Assembly: GCA_903944345.1 (NCBI GenBank)
Contig: CAJARJ010000015.1
Coordinates: forward strand, 6,433 to 70,432
Length of the DNA stretch: 64,000 nt
Direction of reading: 5' to 3'
DNA from: Candidatus Omnitrophota bacterium
GTDB lineage: Bacteria > Omnitrophota > Gorgyraeia > Zapsychrales > Fredricksoniimonadaceae
How positions within the stretch are numbered: the stretch's first letter is position 1; each line of letters opens with the position of its first letter. Of the stretch, positions 60,401 through 64,000 are shown piece by piece. The notes under the pieces were generated by a model. The model saw nothing but the letters and a program-made list of their open reading frames with translations. It was not told the origin of the DNA and did no database searches. Position numbers and translations under genes: made by a program.

Positions 60401-61853
60401 ATTCCTGTGAATTGTCGAGCGCTTCTTCCGGCATCTTAATCTCAGAGCCAACAGCATCGGTCTCCGGCAACTCCGCAACAGCATCAACATTTTCTACCTG
60501 CGAAGCTATATATGGTACCGGCTGGTTGGCAACATCCGCCCCCGCAGACAAGGCGGCAGCTACCATAGCCGCGCTATTCTCGACCAGTTCGTCCCCCTGC
60601 AGCGCATCCGGAGCGACTTGCGGAATATCCAAAAGATTTTTTGTATTTCCACCTGCAAACTCTCCCCGGGGCATCAAGGCCACCGAGAAACGGACAATAT
60701 GCCGGCCAAGGCTTAAAAGAGCCCCAGGCAACCGCTCCCCCAGCGAAGCCACCGGCAGAAACCTGGTTTGCATGGCCGCGTCGCCAAGAGTCAGCCCGCC
60801 CGAAAAATACCGGCGAGGAATCATTTCCTGCCCCACCGGATCAAACTCTTCCCGAATCAAATCAAACACACCCTTTTTCAGCGCAACCATATACTGCTCA
60901 TAAACTTTACGCGCAGCATCTTTCTCGTCGATCTGTATTCCAGAAAGCTTTTGCTGGTCCGCGTACAGACGATTAACAATGCCGTCTTTCAATTTGCGCT
61001 TGAACCAGATCGCAAGAATCAGAGCATGATGCATTTGTCTCAAGGCAATAAAATGTTGCCCTTCATTAACCTCCCGCTCGATAGCCGGAATGATAATATC
61101 GCGGGCGACTGACACATAAGACTCTGATCCGGGCGTCGTGTTATAATCACGACCTTGCTCATTACGCTCGCTGTCGAAGTATTGCAGGCTCTGATGATCC
61201 TGATCCAGCAAGACTTTCAGATGACTTTCTGAAATAAAAGCCGCCCCATCCTGCTCATAAACAACAGACTCTCCTGGCACAACCCAGACCCGGCTGAAAG
61301 TATCCAGTGGGATAGAAATGTCTCCGTACTGTTCACGGACTTTTGCGTAAACCTCTCTCCAGAAGTTTTTCCCAAGCTCTGCATCGGGGTGCGTCAGCGA
61401 GGCTGCCAATTGTTTAAGCACGTAGTCTTCCCGCAAAAGATCCTGCCCCGCCGCTGTTTCTCCCAACTGGGAGTTGACAATACGATCCGGTTCAGAGGGA
61501 GAAAGGTTGACCCAAAGATCTTTTTCCGGGATAGTCAGAAAAGCCAGAAAATATTTTATGAAACGCTGCGCCTGCTCTTGAGGAATAGCAGTCGTCTCCC
61601 CGGCATCCGCCAAAAAATTGATCCTGAACGGATCCAGCGGATCAACCGAGATCCCCTGAAGAACGCTATAGGGTTTTACCGCCAAAGTTTCCAGCAAAAC
61701 ACCCGCTGGCGGCATGGCTACAGGACTCTGGGCATACGATAGATCCCGGCCAGCCAATCCGGCACAATAAAAGAAAACCAGCGCTCCGCACAAACGGCGA
61801 AACCATGGATGCGCACGAAAGCCACTCAAAAACCTTTGCCCTGTGAGGACCAT
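57456..61853 (-). CDS. Large secreted/membrane protein of the same family (paralog B)
   Basis: Signal peptide; IKYFLAFLTIP..WVNLSP..DYVLKQL..FSRVWV..EVNEG..LRQ..RYFSGG; C-terminal GGLDF..GFDFEILNFQP. Confidence 0.85.
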   Translation of the reverse strand: MVLTGQRFLSGFRAHPWFRRLCGALVFFYCAGLAGRDLSYAQSPVAMPPAGVLLETLAVKPYSVLQGISVDPLDPFRINFLADAGETTAIPQEQAQRFIKYFLAFLTIPEKDLWVNLSPSEPDRIVNSQLGETAAGQDLLREDYVLKQLAASLTHPDAELGKNFWREVYAKVREQYGDISIPLDTFSRVWVVPGESVVYEQDGAAFISESHLKVLLDQDHQSLQYFDSERNEQGRDYNTTPGSESYVSVARDIIIPAIEREVNEGQHFIALRQMHHALILAIWFKRKLKDGIVNRLYADQQKLSGIQIDEKDAARKVYEQYMVALKKGVFDLIREEFDPVGQEMIPRRYFSGGLTLGDAAMQTRFLPVASLGERLPGALLSLGRHIVRFSVALMPRGEFAGGNTKNLLDIPQVAPDALQGDELVENSAAMVAAALSAGADVANQPVPYIASQVENVDAVAELPETDAVGSEIKMPEEALDNSQESAFSFWWKKYALTVFGEDLFRKGAPLSGNRLQVLADILRRQMKVAATDETEASRGVLVTSLSAKGTEKTHFIKAHLLRWSETLVGWGNKDFFAYSQEDALQKDLLQKQVLADLNGIMNNAYMFIRKTAFLPSLISRDVDSFPRNVQYRNLLTDFNFLSMDTLEILSGYLASNPPLGDKDRSIILRDIRQLHKMRMSAVKYLQVLEYRAVVDKVISYKMDKRHWMERWWFPFAPFIRWVLMDQYRLDRSLNELRRLVPQLLELQNDIIPDLYGSKEDRGLIVRQGISGLNEMIEKADSLFPVMGASGRKINTYRSLLSRAWRVFYFPIIVFFANPILTGFNYLFALELPMFSAGIITASGFGVFALSLALFWVVAHFNVKAPDLRAMSRLLEDQFTNFLNMYRGNRVPQVDGDSQVARISLGIMEGIESQQRERNTTNSPSVDMVLFIPGKKEYVSGLEDFIAERKGGSLFRPDVPLFVVPPNGTKGSMNAYFDAQSYAKQMLQDQRILGEYPRLKGIAERDLNVLVVFRGDDSYQEDIFLEWAVINGYRMSQKMMDSKKVLKNHAGWRVIVYSRDVFLGTIPPYVPRDVNILTSFVRKKDLKSLGFMIMKHFEDGFHVRTIHEKRDFDELRKEEVYKPLPSEVLRHLDEEYGLVREEMRHLPAYTGLVSFGPRVVRILDKLKDGLDPYRKQYHYLHMTMDGINLLVKPIGEILQDHYLDARVKAKDFRDSYSMNDSEQARAHMLPFFKMFVKAREEAIGDDLVANPLMPHQGAASIVFVNSPETRNRARKLLQEGGLPDFRNPQEMGSGHRASLAAQQKAVRVLPGQSSLARLRQRAQSDRYRTLPGQENLARLSGLTAGGLYPTMPVQGSSGNLSGLMSASRVNVSDRSVSGQDSDHAQLRSDGDSAQAEEMIANGGLDFSAAPRSISFMGHATGVVAQGGIDPVIFSRINSGFTGFDFEILNFQPVSDPLQFFGMMIQK
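57777..57938 (-). repeat. Degenerate 63-nt (21-aa) tandem repeat x3 inside paralog B
   Basis: RVLPGQSSLARL / RTLPGQENLARL / PTMPVQGSSGNL at exact 63-nt spacing. Confidence 0.6.
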
Positions 61854-62010
61854 ATCTTCATACCAGCAATTTCTGTAAGAACGAAACCTTCAACTGGATA
61901 GAAGTTTACAGTCCGTATGCAAAGAAACGAAGACAGGAATGTGAACTCTCTGTAAAATCTGCACAAAAAACTGGCAAACGGGAAAGAAACGGAAGGAAGA
62001 TATCCAAAAA

Positions 62011-62820
62011 TCAGACAAACAAGAGGAGGCTCAGGGCCATCAAGGCCATTCCACCCACAAAACCATAAATGCAGTGATGATGCTCTCCGTACTCTTCCGC
62101 AGACGGCACCAGCTCATCGATTGAAATAAAAACCATGATGCCGGCCACAACAGCAAAAAGAATACCGAACATAAGGTCATTAAAGAAAGGGCGCAACAGC
62201 ACAAATCCTACCAAGGCTCCGAGAGGCTCAAAAAGACCTGACAAAAATGAATACAGAAAAGCTTTCTTCCGGCTTCCGGTAGCATAATAAACCGGAACCG
62301 CCACGGCAATCCCTTCAGGGATATTATGCAAGGCAACCGCCACGGCAATCATGATCCCGAGCTTGGGGTCACTTAATGCGCTCATGAACGTGGCCAGCCC
62401 CTCCGGAAAGTTGTGAATCGCGATGACCAAAGCAACAAACAGTCCGGTCCGCTGCAGAGCCGGAGCCTTGCCCGGCTGGGCATCAAAATGATGAATTTCA
62501 TGCGGGTTATCGGCTTCCGGAATCAACTTGTCAATTATTGCTATCAGCGCCACCCCGCCAAAAAAAGCCCCCGCTGTGGCCCAGGCACCGGCTCTATCTC
62601 CCAGCACCGATACAAAACTCACCCGCGCTTTGGCCAGGATTTCGACAAACGAAACATAAATCATGACTCCAGCTGAAAATCCCAACGCCATCGCAAGAAA
62701 CTTCTTATTCATAGCCCGGGAAGATAAGGCAATCAAACTGCCAAATCCGGTTGAAAGGCCGGCAAAAACAGTCAATCCAGCCGCCATCCAAACCCGGGAT
62801 GAATCAAGATTTTCTAACAT
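62011..62820 (-). CDS. zupT: ZIP-family zinc transporter
   Basis: FSAGVMIYVSF, IHNFPEGLA, LHNIPEGIAV. Confidence 0.95.
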   Translation of the reverse strand: MLENLDSSRVWMAAGLTVFAGLSTGFGSLIALSSRAMNKKFLAMALGFSAGVMIYVSFVEILAKARVSFVSVLGDRAGAWATAGAFFGGVALIAIIDKLIPEADNPHEIHHFDAQPGKAPALQRTGLFVALVIAIHNFPEGLATFMSALSDPKLGIMIAVAVALHNIPEGIAVAVPVYYATGSRKKAFLYSFLSGLFEPLGALVGFVLLRPFFNDLMFGILFAVVAGIMVFISIDELVPSAEEYGEHHHCIYGFVGGMALMALSLLLFV

Positions 62821-62861
62821 ACTGTCCGTTCCCTGACTTGTTTATCACTGAAATGCCCCTG

Positions 62862-63056
62862 TTAACAACACTCTCTTTTGAAGCCGCATTTGCGTAAAAT
62901 CCATACCATTGGACACCAGTTCGTAAAAGCGGACTGCAACAGATTTAATGCGATAAATACCGTAAACCACAGCCATTGCAGACTCACATAGTACGCCAAC
63001 AGCAGGCTTATGAGAAGAAACATTCCGGCTATTCCTCGCAGCATTCTTTCGATCAT
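62862..63056 (-). CDS. DUF2892 (YgaP-like) membrane protein
   Basis: ERMLRGIAG..NLLQSAFTNWCP. Confidence 0.88.
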   Translation of the reverse strand: MIERMLRGIAGMFLLISLLLAYYVSLQWLWFTVFIALNLLQSAFTNWCPMVWILRKCGFKRECC

Positions 63057-63083
63057 CCTGTCTCCTGTTTCTGGGCTCCGAAC

Positions 63084-63842
63084 CTATTCTGCTGTAATAA
63101 TAACAGGTGTCCCCGGAGCGATAAATTCATAGAGCTCTTCAATATCCCTGTTTCGCATACGCACACACCCCTTAGACACCGACTGCCCGATCAATTCCGG
63201 AAATATGGTTCCGTGAATCCCGAACTGCGGTTTGTCGAAGCCCAGCCAACGGGTACCAAGATAATTGTCCGGCGCGCCTCCCGGAACAACAACCCCTTTG
63301 TGAAACCAGGCCGGATAGGGATAACGCGACTGCACAAAGAAAACACCCTCGGGTGTCTGCGCTCCGGATCTGCCGGTAGAAACAGGATAGTCCTTTATCA
63401 GAACACCTTCGGACTCAAGATAAAGACGATTCAGCAGCTTGTCTATCCTGATCGTAAAAAGCTGATCCGGAAGCCTGAGCCGCTGTCCGACGGTCAGATG
63501 ACTACCTTTGATCCCATTGAGCGTCCGGATCAGCTCGATAGTCGTGCCAAAGCGCCTGGCAATCTTTCCTAAAGTATCCCCGGATTGAACCCGATACACA
63601 AGCCCGCGTGCACAGGAATACACGGAATCCAGAGGCTCATCATATCCGGAAGGACTTATGCCCAGCTTTCGTTCAAGGCGAGGAAAACGCGAATAAACCG
63701 AAGGATTTGTAAAACGTTTGTCCTGAATTTCCCACAAATCCCGGGCAAAAAAACGCCGCTCGGCATCCTGGTTCAGCAGCCGGGCCTGAACCTCGGGAGC
63801 GAGAACGGAGAACAACAGAAACAGCACCAGCGCCCTTCTCAT
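63084..63842 (-). CDS. L,D-transpeptidase (YkuD) with LysM domain
   Basis: YRVQSGDTLGKIA; GIHGT..SKGCVRM; start ATG 63842 or GTG 63860. Confidence 0.93.
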   Translation of the reverse strand: MRRALVLFLLFSVLAPEVQARLLNQDAERRFFARDLWEIQDKRFTNPSVYSRFPRLERKLGISPSGYDEPLDSVYSCARGLVYRVQSGDTLGKIARRFGTTIELIRTLNGIKGSHLTVGQRLRLPDQLFTIRIDKLLNRLYLESEGVLIKDYPVSTGRSGAQTPEGVFFVQSRYPYPAWFHKGVVVPGGAPDNYLGTRWLGFDKPQFGIHGTIFPELIGQSVSKGCVRMRNRDIEELYEFIAPGTPVIITAE

Positions 63843-64000
63843 AGAAAAGCAATATAGCACCGTTAGCTGTTTTTGTCTTGATCGGAGACATCACATTCTG
63901 CTAAACGCGCACGAACCAAAGCACAACCTGAAACTGAACCGAAGAAGTATCAGCTCAGTGCAGGAGACACTTTAATCCATTTTTTTACGATAACTTTTCC

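Noticed and set aside
63950-64000. Possible 3' end of a minus-strand CDS (GKVIVKKWIKVSPALS*)
   Set aside because: Too short to support a call.

Overview
Bacterial chromosomal window with mostly minus-strand genes. The two large proteins at 54.4-61.9 kb and the gene content suggest an anaerobic diderm, probably Candidatus Omnitrophota (inference from family recall, not verified). Core content: eno-ftsB, an FtsH-like protease with two AAA+ modules, purN, tRNA-fMet/Thr/Phe, a membrane pyrophosphatase, lnt/LpxL, a rex-hydCBA-hydS-phosphatase [FeFe]-hydrogenase operon, phoBR-porin-pstSCAB-phoU, zupT and an L,D-transpeptidase. Less ordinary content: (1) a >1146-aa ORF missing from the ORF track (it runs off the left edge) that fuses an FMN TIM-barrel/Cys-cluster protein to a CysJ-like diflavin reductase; (2) an AT-rich island 3' of tRNA-fMet with an IS3-truncated UvrD helicase, an HNH/unknown/nucleotidyltransferase operon, and a TPR membrane protein followed by a 13-codon ORF with its own promoter, RBS and terminator; (3) a kinase-less cluster of receivers and H-box hairpins between two tRNAs; (4) two tandem large proteins sharing a ~350-aa N-terminal domain and a ~65-aa C-terminal motif around unrelated cargo bounded by D-x-A-[MQS] motifs, the best candidate for an undescribed polymorphic delivery or polyprotein system. 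All calls are by eye; no searches were run.
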